A stretch of DNA of 27,002 bases from Candidatus Hadarchaeum sp. (GTDB lineage: Archaea > Hadarchaeota > Hadarchaeia > Hadarchaeales > Hadarchaeaceae). A program made the position numbers and the translations under genes. How positions within the stretch are numbered: position 1 is the first letter of the stretch; each line of letters opens with the position of its first letter. The notes under the pieces were generated by a model that searched no databases, was not told the origin of the DNA, and was given only the letters and a program-made list of their open reading frames with translations. Positions 25,413-27,002 of this stretch are shown in pieces. The stretch is taken from assembly GCF_049969415.1 (NCBI RefSeq), contig NZ_JBMFOX010000016.1, forward strand, positions 1 through 27,002. The letters are read 5' to 3'.

Positions 25413-25898
25413 TTAACCCTTTTCTAACGCTCGCCAGATCTGGTCGCCCACGTGATGGATATTTTTAACCGCCTTTCCCCGGGGCGCCTTCATCTCTTTG
25501 GCATCGACGAGGGCCAGTCCTAGCGCGATGGTCTTGCCGTGGCGTTCATCCACGACCGCGACGATATCCCCTTTCTTGATGTCCGGATCAGCCGAGACGA
25601 TTCCGGGGCTCATGACGTCGGCACCGTTGGCCACGTGCGGCACCGCGCCCATATCGATGATCACGCGTTTGACCTTGATCAGGTCAACTATCCTCAGCGT
25701 TGGAAAGAGCTCGCCATCCCTCTGAAAAAATATCGTTTTTTCCCCGCTGATGATCAAACTTGCCCCATCGTCTCTCTTCAGGATTTCAACATCCCCTCCG
25801 ATGACGCTGGCGATTGCCTCACCGAATCTTTGGCCGGCCTCCTGAGCGAGTTGTTTAATTTCATCCTTTCGCAGCCGATAGCGCCTTCCCGGGGGCAT
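25413..25898 (-). CDS. PUA-domain RNA-binding protein (DUF1947 + PUA; MCT-1/Tma20-like)
   Basis: FPTL, VIIDMGAVPHVANGADVMSPGIV and KNIHHVGDQIW. ATG at 25898. Confidence 0.9.
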   Translation of the reverse strand: MPPGRRYRLRKDEIKQLAQEAGQRFGEAIASVIGGDVEILKRDDGASLIISGEKTIFFQRDGELFPTLRIVDLIKVKRVIIDMGAVPHVANGADVMSPGIVSADPDIKKGDIVAVVDERHGKTIALGLALVDAKEMKAPRGKAVKNIHHVGDQIWRALEKG

Positions 25899-25941
25899 AT
25901 TAGAGCCTCGGCGGGATAAACTTAAATATACAGGTGAATAA

Positions 25942-26181
<240 letters not shown>

Positions 26182-26186
26182 TTCGG

Positions 26187-26372
26187 GTGGTCAAGGGAAC
26201 CCCCTCGATGGGTAAAAGGCACAAGGTTGTCCACATAAGATGCCGACGCTGTGGCAGGCGGTCCTATCATGCCCAGCGCGGAGTTTGTGCCGCCTGCGGC
26301 TACGGAAGGGACCGCCGGATGAACAAGTACCGCTGGAAGGTGAAGACGGTTCAGCGGCTCAGGTTGAGGTAG
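26187..26372 (+). CDS. rpl37e: 50S ribosomal protein L37e
   Basis: [20 protein letters not shown]....CAACGYG. Confidence 0.96.
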   Translation: MVKGTPSMGKRHKVVHIRCRRCGRRSYHAQRGVCAACGYGRDRRMNKYRWKVKTVQRLRLR

Positions 26373-26421
26373 TCCCCGCTTTAAAAAATCTCTTAAGCCG
26401 GACGCACCACAGTTTATCGGT

Positions 26422-26511
26422 GGGCCGGTAGATCAGCTGGAAGATCACTCGCTTGGCAAACGGCTTTGTCCAGATTGCGAGAGGTCGCGGGTTCGAGTCC
26501 CGCCCGGTCCA
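26422..26511 (+). tRNA. tRNA-Ala(GGC) with 17-nt intron at 37/38 (26459-26475)
   Basis: Acceptor GGGCCGG/CCGGTCC with G3:U70 and A73; anticodon stem CTCGC/GCGAG. BHB central helix TTGG/CCAG with bulges CA|A and AT|T. Confidence 0.92.
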
Positions 26512-26567
26512 CCTCCAATTGAGTGCAAATCCTTTTATAGAGGTGCCTCAAACTCCCTTCTGAGGCG

Positions 26568-26849
26568 ATGACAGAGAAAGTTAGCAAGTACGCGGCATAC
26601 CTCGAGGACCAATCCGTGAGGCGCTGGTTCAACAATCTCTCCCGAGGTAGCCCCATAACCGCGGATGTCGCGCTCCGGAGGCTCAGCAAGCTCTGCGAGC
26701 TTCTGGGCACCACGCCGCGGGGCATGGTCCAGCGGGCAAGGGGAAATTTGACCGAGTTCCAGGATGCCCTGGAGGACATGATAAGCTCTGGCTGGAGGTG
26801 TTCGGCAGAGCAATATTCTAAGATGATTAGGATGATCGAGAGGGTTTGA
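26568..26849 (+). pseudogene. N-terminal fragment of an archaeal tyrosine site-specific integrase
   Basis: D.SVRRWFNNLSRGS.ITA.V.LRRL..LC....TP resembles, from memory, the N-terminus of archaeal integrases. Only 93 aa with no R-H-R-Y catalytic domain; starts 57 nt after tRNA-Ala. Confidence 0.6.
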
Positions 26850-27002
26850 TCGCGGAACGAATGGCTTTGGAGCGATTATAAACGAAAAAATTCGTAGCTC
26901 GGGATGGCCAAGTACCTCTGGCTCCTTTTTTCCAAGCATTCTACTGCTCTGTTTCTCCATAAAAACCAGCCTCCCTGATTTTTGATGATATGGTAATGAT
27001 GA

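Noticed and set aside
26535-26960. Minus-strand 141-aa ORF with a GGGAGG upstream
   Set aside because: More than half is antisense to the integrase fragment and it has no recognisable motif; it may be debris.

Overview
Gene-dense, GC-rich archaeal chromosomal segment. Markers include egsA, class I lysS, psmB-aCPSF1, SepF, Lsm-rpl37e, an archaeal SRP RNA and BHB-type tRNA introns. The gene set looks euryarchaeal-type, possibly Hadarchaeota-like, but that taxonomy is a low-confidence guess. Most of 6.9-26.5 kb is housekeeping. The left end is more accessory: a small Cas2-like ORF, a membrane-anchored glycoside-hydrolase-like gene, a four-gene zinc-ribbon/membrane operon, and a B12-radical SAM plus Cys/His-rich membrane protein pair next to larB. 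The right end has a truncated tyrosine-integrase fragment just downstream of tRNA-Ala. The clearest unusual signal is a tRNA-Thr(GGT) gene at 7828-7956, invisible to the ORF track and split by three BHB-flanked introns (22/23, 37/38, 59/60). Removing them gives a regular 76-nt cloverleaf. Two of the other three tRNAs also carry introns. All calls come from motif recognition and hand-folding; no searches were run.
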